Source: Botryllus schlosseri
Taxonomy: Eukaryota
Direction of reading: 5' to 3'
Length of the DNA: 64,000 bases
Assembly (NCBI GenBank): GCA_051294905.1
Contig: CM119384.1
Coordinates: 11,222,001-11,286,000 of the forward strand
Shown: in pieces, positions 45,401 to 56,200 of the stretch
Layout: the number at the start of each line of letters is the position of its first letter
How positions within the stretch are numbered: the first letter of the stretch is position 1
Position numbers and translations under genes: made by a program
The notes under the pieces: model-generated
Told to the model about the DNA's origin: nothing
Database searches by the model: none
What the model saw: only the letters and a program-made list of their open reading frames with translations

Positions 45401-48400
45401 TGGAAAAGAACTAGTAGAAAGGGCCGCGGCTTCAAAGAGATCAACATCGAAAAAGAACTGTGACATCGGGCACTCTAGGCCGAGGTGGATGTTAGAGTAA
45501 AGGATCGCTACTGATGCGTGTCGTTCTACATCCTCCTATCTGTTCATGCCATCGCATTGTGTCTTATCGCATGTACATTGTGTGTGACTTGTTCAGATAA
45601 AAATATAACCCAACCATGTTATGTTATGTTATGTTATGTTATGTTACCCCTGACGAGTGTCAGCCGAGAATATTCGGGTTCATTTCAATATGAATATACT
45701 GTTCAACACTAAATTTAAGTAAAAAGTGTGTAAATCGGGAGTCGAATGAAAACGATGACCTTTTTAAGTCAACTCACCAAATGTTACTGCAAAACTAACG
45801 AAATCGGCTGTTGTCAGTCTTGATCAACTCCCTCCTTTCCCGATTCCAAAATATGGTAACCCTACTATACAACCATCTGAAAACGAAAGGAATCGATACT
45901 AATAGTCCTCGTACCAAGTTAATTAACGCCCAGCACCCACACAGTTCTGATATTCATATGCCAAGCGTAGACCATGTAGTTTTCGTGCTGTATATTATTT
46001 TGGTTCATCAGTCAGTGCGCGTGTCCTCTTTTTTCGTCCTTTCTTTGTGTTAGAGCAGGGGTGTCAAACATACGGCGCGCCAGACCATTTCATCCGGCCC
46101 GCGAAGCTATCTCGAAAAATGGCTGTAATATATCCAGCACATTTTTACAAATGTTGAGATTTTTTGTATGAAATATTATAATCAGATAATCCCTCAAGAT
46201 AACAAATGTCGAGTATGTTCAATTGTTCATAGGTCACATTATGACCATTCGACAGTGGTGTTGTGGTTTCACTCTAGTCACCATCACCAAGGAAAAGCCG
46301 TCATTTACGTCCAATTTCGAGAAGGCAAAAATCCACACTCAATTCCTAGTTTTACGGGAAAATGGTCCAAAAAGTAGTTATTCACAGAAGTGAAACCCCC
46401 ATAGTGAGAAACCGGTATTTGCAGGTTACATAGAGAATATAATTGTTCCACAAAAATAGAATTTAAATATCTGTGGACGCACTCCCAATTTCGCCTATGA
46501 CTTAACGGAGCCTCGCTGCATACGGAGAAACCGGAATCGCGATATAATAGTAATGAACCAGCTTCAATATATCTCTCGTATTCCTGATAACGCATACACA
46601 TGAGGTATATCGTCCTTAAAGCTACTCTTTTCGCAGTTTATATTACCCTTTGTAACCAGCCATAATCTCAATTTTGCTAATTTCCATTGTTCGCTAGTAC
46701 AGGTGTTGCTAGAGTAGAACCCTATGATCCGTTATAATGTAATATATTATTGTGTAGGCTTAATAATTGAGTATTCAAGCAAAAAACAAGGGTATGGAAT
46801 TTCCATCATTTGAATGGTCCGGCCAGCGAGCGATCAGATGGTTTCAATCCGGCCCGCGACGCAATTTGAGTTTGACACCCCTGTGTTAGAGGGTAAGCAT
46901 TTTACACGCTAGTTGTATGCGTGCAATATCCGTGAACTTTGTTCTGTTTATACTCCGAATCGTCTTCGAGAAAATAACGCGATATTTTGGTGAATGTTTG
47001 GAATCGGTATAAATCGAAGCATTACATCGCATGTGATCCAAACATTTCCTATCCGGCGCATTTAATCAACACATAATGCACTTTATTCGTTTAAACGCAT
47101 AAGTAATTGCGCCTTCATATGCTAGCTATATTATGCATACAGTGTATACTGAACTCGAAAGTAAGTCATTCTCGAGGCATTTGTTCTGTGATCAACATTA
47201 TGCTGCAGGGGGAGACTGATTCGGTCGAGCCCGTATCAAGAGACGCTTGTTCAACGAAAGTCATGATTGTAACAGCCCCGGCGGTTATCACATCGCCAGG
47301 GTACCCAAGGAGGTATGAGCCCTTGCTAAACTGCAAGTGGCGAGTGAGACTCTCGAAGTCAGATATCGATCTGGGTAAGTTGAGTCTTCGTATCTGATTT
47401 GGCGGTGACTATAGGTTGCCGCGTTTACGTTTCAGGAATGGAATTACGGATAAAAATTGTGGAACTGGATCTTGAATCGCTATCCGATTACCTTCGAGTA
47501 TATCGCGCGCCGCTGGACAAGGGTTTCGAGGATTTCTCTTTTAGAGACGCCGAGGAGTTTTCAGGCTCCGTGAGGAGCGTATCCTTGTCAACAAGGGACT
47601 CGTTCCTGCTGAACTTCAAATCGGATTATTCAATAGAAAAGAAAGGGTTTCGAATCGTAGCTGAGACTCTAAACGATCAGTGTGGAGGATATATACGGAC
47701 TAACGGAGCCATCATATTGTCACCGAACTATCCAAAACCATACGAGCCCAATCTAACTTGCTCTTGGGTGATTCAAGCGCCCGTCGGATTTGGTGTTGAA
47801 ATTCGGTTCTCGAAATTTGAACTCACTAAGAGCAGAGGTAGAAATTGCAAAAAAGAGTCTGTTAAGATCGTCGCGCCACAATCTAATGAAAACCATACAC
47901 TATGCGGCATAAAAGAAAACCCACCGCGTTTCGAATTTTCCGACGGTCTCGTCTATCTCAATTTTACAACCGGCCCAGTCCAATCCGCTCACAAGGGCTT
48001 TGTTTTCACCGTACTTTTCTGGCCCGTTGGTCAACCGGTAGGGAATAGCACAAGAAAACAAAATTGCGGAACGCAAAAGATTCAACCGTGGCCGCGAGCC
48101 ACGGAAAGAATTGTCGGAGGACGTGAAGCAATCGCGGGCAGCTGGCCGTGGGTGGTTCACTTCCCCGAAATACAATGCGGGGGAGTTCTGTTGAATGAAA
48201 GGTGGTGTTCGCAATGTCGCATTTTTCACTGTCCTCTTCTTTTATACTTTATATATCGTTACTTTTTTCAGATGGGTTCTGAGCGCTGCACATTGTTTTG
48301 TCGGCGACAGAACACGGAGTGGAAAATGGGCTCTGAAACAGGGCAGTGAAAAGTATACGGTTGTGGCTGGGAGACATCACAAAACCGATGAGTCTTCTCA

Positions 48401-51400
48401 CGAGCAAATCTTCGGTATAAAATCGATAATAATACACCCGGAGTAAGATTATCCTAAAATGATAATTTAATCGATGACAGCCTGCATGGCCCGTGTTATA
48501 GTAGCATACTTTTATAAGAAATGAGTGGTGAAACACACAAGACCACAGTTTGGGTCTCGGCTTTTCCGTTACCAGTCACTGGTCACAGATTTTTCTGCGG
48601 CCGACCACAGCTCATGACCAGTCGGTTGGCCAGAAATATATATTGATTTAGATGTAGTTCTATAGTTATCCCTGGGTTGGCGTGCTCTGAACCACTCCTT
48701 CAAAAAGGAATTATTCAGTCACCTCATCTCCCGTTACCAATGATCCGCTTGTCTCACACCAATTTTTTTAGTTTCTTCAGTATTTTATTTTTATGCTGAG
48801 CTGAATTGATTGATCCCAACCAATGCATCCAAATTTATGACACGATATCTGTATTTGTTAATGCAGGGTGTGATCAGACTAGTTGACCCTACCCAGAGTC
48901 ATATCGGTCACACCCTGTCCTATACCGTTAAGTTCATTTATTGTTGTTTCATGTGCCAATGATGTTTTCTTTACGGTTGGACAAATCAATAAATATCTCT
49001 CGCTCTCTCTCTCTCTCTGAACTCTGATGGCCGCTCACAGGTGAATTTCATTTCCAGTCCTATGAATTCATCATGACCGCTCGCCGGCTCATCGTCTCGT
49101 CAACGCTCAAATCACAATTCTTTCCAGCCCATTCACCTTTTGCATGTTATGCTATGCAATGCAAAATCCTAGCTGCTTATCAGTACTAATCGGTGCTTAG
49201 GGTTGCATTTAAAACAAACGGTGTTTTAAATCACTTTGTTTAGAACATGTTTTAAACAAAGGCCCTTTAAAAAAATTGTGTTTTTCAAGTTGTAAAATGA
49301 TGCCATAATTGTGTGAATACTATTCAAAAGAGATGTTGTATGAGCCGATGGACAATTACCACCCGATTTAGCCGACGTATATCGATATGGGATGGTTGGA
49401 ACCCTCAAAATATAGTCGGTTCAATAGTTTGGTACAGATATTTCGTCAAAGGAGCTATATTTACCGTATATTTTCAATTGTCAATGTCAATTCATTGTGA
49501 CGTCGCAATTGAATATTCGTGACGTCATGGCTTGAAAAAAAAAACACAATAAAAAACATGTTTTAAATTAGGGCCTTGTTTTAAATATGTTTGTTTTTAA
49601 TTGATATTTGTTTTAAATGCAACCCTATCGGTGTTGCTACTAGGACTTGGGCTGACAGCTCCCATGAAAGGGCATTTTCGCTGAAGCTATATTACCGTAT
49701 CGTGTATGGCTTATAGTTTGATTAGTTATGCATGATATTTAACTTTCAATGCGAAGTCTTTGAATACTCAGGTTGAAAATTTTGTGAATCAGGTTAAATT
49801 TTCAAAACAAACACTTTAGATTCGATAGAGTCCGACAAGGTAATGCTGGCAAGGACATCGCTCAAGGAATACCCCAAAAGGATATTGCATTAGTGAAGTT
49901 GAGAGGAAACGCATCTTTTAACGATGATTATGTTTCACCGGTGTGCTTGCCGAAGCAGGTAATCGTCTTCTCCAACTGAATCGTCACTAATCGCATTATG
50001 ATATCATAATGCAGAAGCGACCACCGTCGACAATACGGCGACTGATGTTGGGAAGTTTTTTAGGATGTTACTGAAGGCGAGTCCTGCGTGATTGCAGGAT
50101 GGGGAGCCAGGGAAGTCCTTGCATCTTTGTCACCAAACTTCAAGGATACGTTGCACTTCGCACACGTCTATGTTTTATCCAATTCACTGTGTAATTCATA
50201 TACGTCTCTCAGCGGGAGCATTACCGACGACATGATTTGCGCAGGTGAAGAACGTAGCCTAATCATGTGTTTAATCTATTTATTGTCCATAGCCGCCTAA
50301 ATGGATGGCGCCTAATATTTTTGTCCTGGCAACCTGAGCCCCACATTACAAATGCCCCCCGTAGAGAAAAATTAAGCGCCCCTTGATAAAATGCCACTTC
50401 GAATCATGTGCGTCGCACGGAAGAAGTTCTTTCGGGCTGGTACGTTTCAGCGATTCCGAAATCTTTTAACAATATAGCAGACGGAAGGTCACGAAATACA
50501 AACACACAACAAAGTAAGCTACTTGATAACACGGGCCCGCCCGCAGATTTTGCAAGTAGGCTATAAATTAGGGTAGAGTAGGGCAACGCGCCAACCCTAA
50601 GCGGAAAACGCCATAATATCCACCAAACTAGTCAAAACGGATTGAATTTCGGAATTTGAGCGCAAGATATCGTCCCCATTCTACCAATATCGTCTCGAAA
50701 GTCCCAGTAAAAATTATCATATGTAAAATTATCATTAATCTATGTCCATCAATTTGACCTTTTGCTACATGGGTGGGGCAAAACGCACCCATTGGCTTTT
50801 TACCCCGTTATACCCTACTAAATACCGCATGCCTCTCAGTAAACGATGAATATTTAATCCCTATACAGAGCTATACATGCTTCTCCACCTCATCATCGCG
50901 TACCGGATCTTTTGAAAACAAATTTCATCCAGAAATGCCAACTGATTATGAAAAGTCATAAACAAAGTCGGAAGTTCTTGAACTGTATGTTGCTCAGTCG
51001 GAGGGACAGCCTATATTAGCCAGTTGAATCGTTATTTTGATGGAAATGGGGTTCCCCGAGAAGACGTCATTGATGAACCCATAAATGGCAACTGAATCCA
51101 TATTTACTATACTTTAAAGGGTGGGGCGTTTTACCCCACGGGTGGGGTAGGCGTTTTAGCCTCGAAGTCGCCATTGTTTGTGGATCAGCTACCAGGTGGT
51201 TATTGTATAAATTCGCCCTGGGACTGTGGCTTAAATCCAAGTACGCGTAGTGAAATCATGAATAGGACTGGCAAACTCTCTGTAGCATCCGTTAAACATG
51301 ACATTTCACTTCGTTGGAAAATGCTCTCTTTCGGTAAGAATATGGGTAAAAGTCAAAAATTCTCATAAAACTTTACAAATATTCATTCGGGCGTCAAAAA

Positions 51401-52126
51401 TCAAAGTGACAGTTTCGTTTGACCATTAGGCGACTTTTGCGATACTGTAACGCATTTGACGCTCGCTTTGTTCTGTCATATTGATGGTGGGCGTCTTACC
51501 TCGCCTGGGCGTTTTACCCCACTCTACCCGGGCCACCCTCAATTTTCTAAGACACCAATTCCATCAGCAGGCCTACTGACGGTTAATCTGACCACCTGGA
51601 CTAGTGGTTAAAAATTCGACCGTAATATATGCGATTCAAATTGCCTTAACCGAATCCTATCACGAATTTGATTTTTGTCACAATCAGACAACAATAGGCT
51701 ACTTCTCGATCAGTAGTGTTTCCATCCGGAGCAAACCAAAATCCTGTATTTTTTGCAACTCAGGTTTCGAATCGTTGAAGTCGGGCCCCTCTGAAATATT
51801 TCGTTATGTAAATTTGGTTCATTGACATAACATAGGAAGCATATTTGTAACAAATTATGGATAGGGTATATTTTTGCCTCACCTATGTTAGTTATTACTC
51901 GACTAGTTTCATGTCCACAAGTGCTTTCGCAGGCTATCAAGGAGGTGGAGTCGACTCTTGCAGCGGGGATTCTGGCGGGCCGCTAATGTGTAAAGGCGTC
52001 GATGGAGATTATCAGATCAAGGGAGTTGTCAGCTGGGGAAGGGGTTGTGGAAAGCGATTCAAACCGGGGATATACACCAGAGTCTCCAATTTTTACCAAT
52101 GGATATCTGATACGATATTCAAGTGA
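36414..52126 (+). CDS. Secreted mosaic trypsin-like (S1) serine protease: signal, Cys-rich segment, CUB, lectin-like/unknown module, CUB, CUB, protease (~1,150 aa)
   Basis: Phase-consistent exons 36414-36504, 36575-36634, 37333-37832, 38252-38457, 38783-38947, 39566-39630, 40482-40555, 43084-43221, 43675-43817, 44051-44161, 44209-44341, 44755-44901, 47209-47374, 47436-48201, 48272-48442, 49820-49958, 50064-50244, 51933-52126 (3,450 nt; extra exon(s) possible at 36802-37019). CUB motifs SP.YP..Y...C.W.I and GF; activation site R/IVGG; triad AAHC, DIAL, GDSGG; S1 Asp in GVDSC. The CUB and protease exons are secure; the middle exons are less so. Confidence 0.85.
37200..37308 (+). mobile_element. 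Right end of a TAGGGTTGCCAT-type element (TCCGGA-rich subterminal repeats)
   Basis: Ends AAATTCCGGACGTATGGCAACCCTA, the reverse complement of the 27589 left-end type; left boundary not found. Confidence 0.6.
39949..40330 (+). mobile_element. Probable Tc1/mariner-type MITE fragment
   Basis: Begins TA|CAGGGTGTT; the distal part is the reverse-complement match to 33005-33230. Confidence 0.5.
41046..41301 (-). mobile_element. tRNA-derived SINE with conserved central domain and (TC)n tail
   Basis: Minus strand: A-box TAGTGTAATGG, B-box GGTTCGATCCC, then GGTCAGACCAAAGACTCGAAAACTGGTATCCGCGGCTATCCTGCTAGGCGCTCAGCA, ending in (TC)n. Confidence 0.82.
41819..42170 (+). mobile_element. Family E fragment (left end)
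   Basis: CAGGGCCGTAACTGC..CCCCCAATTG..ATTATTTCG matches 12064-12120; right end not found. Confidence 0.65.
42522..42860 (-). mobile_element. LINE-like 3' UTR fragment with AATAAA and (TC)n tail
   Basis: Minus strand GTGATCAGATTAGTTGACC...GGTTGGATCAAAAATAAATAC(TC)n; same motifs as 48700-49018. The 5' boundary is approximate. Confidence 0.6.
45234..45645 (+). mobile_element. tRNA-derived SINE followed by (TTATG)n
   Basis: A-box TAGTGTAGTGG (45245-55), B-box GTTCGATTCC (45289-98), core shared with the SINE at 28070. Confidence 0.78.
45646..45700 (+). ncRNA. Solo hammerhead/pseudo-LTR relic (single core substitution)
   Basis: ACCC-CTGACGA-G(TGTCAGC)C-GAGA-ATAT-TC-GGGT-TCATTTCAATATGAATATA: GAAA has become GAGA; otherwise an intact minimal hammerhead with an AATATT palindrome. 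Confidence 0.75.
46056..46883 (+). mobile_element. Non-autonomous hAT element (Charlie-like ends), family F
   Basis: 14-bp TIR CAGGGGTGTCAAAC/GTTTGACACCCCTG; perfect TSD TGTTAGAG; subterminal TCCGGCCCGCGA at both ends. Confidence 0.94.
47209..48201 (+). CDS. CUB2-CUB3 and protease N-terminus (exons 47209-47374 and 47436-48201)
   Basis: [26 protein letters not shown]; [23 protein letters not shown]; [37 protein letters not shown]. Confidence 0.92.
48700..49018 (+). mobile_element. LINE-like 3' UTR fragment with AATAAA and (TC)n tail
   Basis: GTGATCAGACTAGTTGACC (48870-88), GGTTGGAC, AATAAA at 48988-93, (TC)n. The 5' boundary is approximate. Confidence 0.6.
49198..49627 (+). mobile_element. 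hAT-type MITE, family D, compact complete copy
   Basis: 21-bp TIR TAGGGTTGCATTTAAAACAAA/TTTGTTTTAAATGCAACCCTA; flanks TCGGTGCT/TCGGTGTT (7/8 TSD). Confidence 0.92.
50571..51529 (+). mobile_element. TIR-bounded non-autonomous element, superfamily unresolved
   Basis: GGGTAGAGTAGGGCAACGCGCC...GGGCGTTTTACCCCACTCTACCC; internal GGGGC(A/G).(AA/TT) repeats; no TSD seen. Confidence 0.62.
51933..52126 (+). CDS. Last exon of the serine protease (catalytic Ser)
   Basis: [40 protein letters not shown]. Confidence 0.95.
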
Positions 52127-53245
52127 CCCCAAAGTCACGAGGACACCATTTTGTATTGAGACGACATTTGTGAAGCAACATTACTATGATCAGTAAAAGT
52201 CGCACGCTTGATCTACCAGTATTTCTTGCGAATTCGAGCCGCAATAAATCCAGCTTCCCGCGTTGCTTCGTGGGGATCCGACATGTCTCAACCAACCGAC
52301 TACCAATATAGCAATTCCTCAACCTGTTACGTTAACTGAGTCCATATTGCGCGCGCGAGACACGTCCCGTCCCCATTTCGATACCACCTCACCCCAAAGA
52401 ATGCAAAAAGAAATCGCCTCGCTCCTTAAATAATACAAACCCCACGCAGGTAGCAACACACGTGCAGAAAGTTCAGTTATCTCGTTATATTGCGCTTAAA
52501 CGAATACGAACTCTCAGAAGTCAGAACAGTGTTAACACCTCAGCTAAATGGAAATGGCACGCTGAGACGATGAAGAAGGCGCGCAGTGAAAAATGGTAAG
52601 GATGCAATATCAAGGTTCAAGTCGTGTCCTGGCACAAAAAATCTCAGGTTTGACCACAGGGAAGCACGTGACACACAGTCTTCTCAAAGAAAACAACAAC
52701 TTGTAAAATACCTCCTAGAAATCCTCCAGAGTATCATCACGGAGCGAGCAGATTCTAACGGAAATCTTTGGCTAGACGTGACCCGATGCATAAAATTTAA
52801 GCGTGACAAAAGTAGTACACTTCGAGAGCACCAGCAATATTACAGTAGCAGGGAAGAGCATAAGTCACGAAAAGTAAATGGGCATCCCACGAAAGCTTAT
52901 TACGTGGCAGTTTGCTTCAACAGGCTTCCCCCCTTCACTTCTAATCAGAGTATACTGCCATGATACAATACAAACTCGAAAAGCGTTAGCAATAAATAGC
53001 AAAACAACAGAACTAGCTTGAAGTGAAAAGTCTGTAATGTAAATACGTCCACTTTCCGTTTCTCCCACCCTTTAGTTTCAATATTGCGATGATTAAGTGC
53101 GTTAAATCAAGTGACAAGCAGTGAACGAGAATGACTGAAGCGGTAACAAGTGAGTAAGGCAAGGGAAGACAAGGCATTGGAAGTCTTTGCACGAGATCGG
53201 CAGACCTCGGCCTGCTTGAAGCACCGTGTGTGAGCGAACGCGATG

Positions 53246-56200
53246 CTAATCACGAGATGCGACATCTAGTGGTTCCGATCGTTCATGTCCAGCATGATCA
53301 CGGCGTGTGGACTCGATCTGAATCGGAGCGGAACTTTGAGAGCTACCGTGAACGGAAACACAGCTCTTGACGTAAAACAGTGCAAAGCTCAAAGTTACGA
53401 TGCCGGCGACCTGCGAAAACAACACAGTCGCAACTCACAATAATCTTGAATGCATGTGGGGGCGGTCGAGGTCAGGCATCATGGCAATATATACCCTAGA
53501 TATTAAATTAGAAATGTCTCACTACTGAACAGCTTCTTTGAGTTGCATAACTTCAACATACAATTCAATAGCCTATTCATATTGAAATGAATCCAAAAAT
53601 TTTCAGCTGACACTCGTCAGTGGTAATCGTCAGAAACTAGTAGAGAATTGGGAAGAACACTGTATATCAACGATAGATATTCTTGCACTGCTATTTGGTG
53701 TTTTGTAGCCTGCAGGACCACACATTTCCTTTCCCATCAGAATATTCTATTTAAAGCCCATAAAAATAGTATACGTCACACAGTAAAATACTAGATCGTT
53801 TTGATCCTATTTTTCCCCGTTTTGTGTGCGACCAACGCAGAATGGTGCATTACACTAGGAATGCTACGAATTTCAAAAATTGTGGGTACTCTCTCGATGC
53901 GGTCATGTCGAACACGCTGATAGAAAAACCATAAACCACCCTAAATCTTCAACAAAATTTAGAAAGCAAGCAATTTGTCCTAAAAAACTATGAAAGTAGC
54001 AGTTTTTCTAGGGACAACACTTCCTAAGTACTCGAAAAAGTGCTGCGTCGCAGATTGTTGAAAGGTTCTTTTTCTACAGATCTACGCCTGGAGATAAAAT
54101 AGGAAATTTATGACCTCCCAGTAAGCCAACAGATTTAGAACCGTGCGACATTATCACGTTTGCAAACTTGACCTCACTTTAGCGTAGAAAAAATGCTCGC
54201 CCATGTTTTCACTGCGACGATGTCGATCCCAAGGATGACAGCGTTTTGTTCAATCTGCATGATTGATTGGACAGTATACAGACATCCAACCGGATGGTTA
54301 CCTTATTTTATCATGCAAGTGTTCGTTGTGTCAGATTATATCAAAAGACAAGGCATGAGTATGATCAGTCAGATGGTCTGAACGTAGTCATTGCTGACGA
54401 CCTCACCAACAAACAAGCCCCTTTAACGGTAGCCAATATCATGGAACATACTAAACTAATTATTATCTGATGAGCTCATCTACTAAACACACTTACCTTG
54501 TAAGCAATTGACAGCAGCAGGAAACTGAAGGAAAGGTCGCTATTTTTATACAAAACGCAAGACCCGTTGAAAGCACAATTCGCCTTGTCGACTAGTAAAC
54601 AGGCATCGTCGATAACAGTTCCAAATAGGATGGGACCAGGTATCGTCCCTAGCGTCCGGATCAAAATCCATTGCACACCGATCGCCAGAGACCGTTGGTG
54701 GTTGGGAAAGCACCTGAACAACATATGTCAAAAGTGCATTGGCTGGACAGTTTTAATATGTAATATGCACAGTTGTACCGGGTATTTCATAATTTTGGAT
54801 GACATAGGCTAGCAAGCATTCGGCAGAAGGAACTCAGCAATGTCCCTCAACTGCTTAAGAGATCGTACAATGTCGTATATACATGAATCTAGGGCTGTCG
54901 CCATAATAATGAGTAACTGCATCATCACCGAGGAGATAAAAACATCCATAAAAAATGCCCCTAATGAATGCCGTAACATTCGTGTCGTTGCATTACAGAA
55001 CACATGTACACATGAAATATGACTACATATACAATTGTACACCAAAAATTCGAATGATCTTAAAATTAAGAGAATCGACAAACTGAAAATCGATGCGACT
55101 ATCGAACACATGAGAAGAAGATTAGCTTATAATCCGTTATCAAGACCCCTATAAAATATTAACCATCGCATTAACAATGCAATGGCTCGATAAGGTGCTC
55201 AATTACAAGAGAAAAAAGGCTGCTAGACGATGACCTCAAACTGTTAATAAAGGTTATTGCAAAAGGGGAAGTATGTAGCACATGATTTGCGACAATTTCT
55301 GACTTTTCGCACAAACATAATTGTGCAAAACCAGGAGATTTCATAGTATTGGAAAACCGCGAGTATTTTGTTTTGCACTGTATATCTATTCACCAACTAG
55401 AAAACAATAAACACCCAATAGACCGGGTTTTGGCTGCAGGCACCAGGTTCAAGCACATATGATTATTCCCCTAATATCCCAGCACAGGGACCGATGAAAT
55501 ATCTCAAACCTCAGCATTCGAGATATTGAATACATGAGAAATGGGCCTATGACCCGAGTTAAAACAAAAGCACAAACTCACCTCAGCGAGATGTCCACTC
55601 CGGGAATAGTACACATGAAAGTACTAAGAATAATGACGAACAAACTGAACAGAATGAGAGTCTCCCATTGACAGACTTTGGGACAGATCCCTGCCGTCAC
55701 TTCGCTGAAACCTGTTTACAAAATCGCACGTTTGTAAATGAAGAAACGAAAGCCTAAATTCTGTGTTGAGCTTGTGAGTGGATTATGTCGATATTCAACC
55801 GTTAACAGGGTTGTCGCCCATATCCCGATTCTCCATACACCTATTACAGCTAGATACAGATGGCTCAGTCCCTGAAGGCCAAACCGTGACGAAAGATGCA
55901 CATACCGAAGAGCCAGAATAAATGTCTTGAAACACTTTCTAGCGCCAGTAACCATGACCAGAGCCAATGGAAAAATCGGGATATAATATTCACAGGTAAG
56001 ATTCAGATTTGTTGTCAGCCAGTACTATCATAAAAGTCAAGTTTTTTCGGCCGATACTGTTACAAAATGTGATTGACAGCAATCAGTAATGCAAACCGGT
56101 TCATTGATCTTCTAAATTTTGTTTGTGAAATAGTTCCATAGAACACGAGCGAACCGGCTGAATCCACTGAATGCCACTGATAATAATCTATAAATCAGCA

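Larger units (their letters stand above)
44950..45864 (+). mobile_element. Family C-related element interrupted by a SINE and a hammerhead relic
   Basis: Perfect TIR TAGGGTTACCATA/TATGGTAACCCTA; GATGACC.TTTTT.AGTCAAC internal motifs on both sides of the insertions; flanks do not form a TSD. Confidence 0.7.

Noticed and set aside
52586-52963. 125-aa ORF between the protease and SLCO
   Set aside because: GTG start, no recognisable motif or splice context; likely chance ORF in UTR/intergenic DNA.
54370-54467. Alternative SLCO last exons (after a 30-nt intron, or at ~53020)
   Set aside because: Exon 53410-53246 has a stronger acceptor and gives a typical TM12 (KVAGIVTLSFALFYVK).
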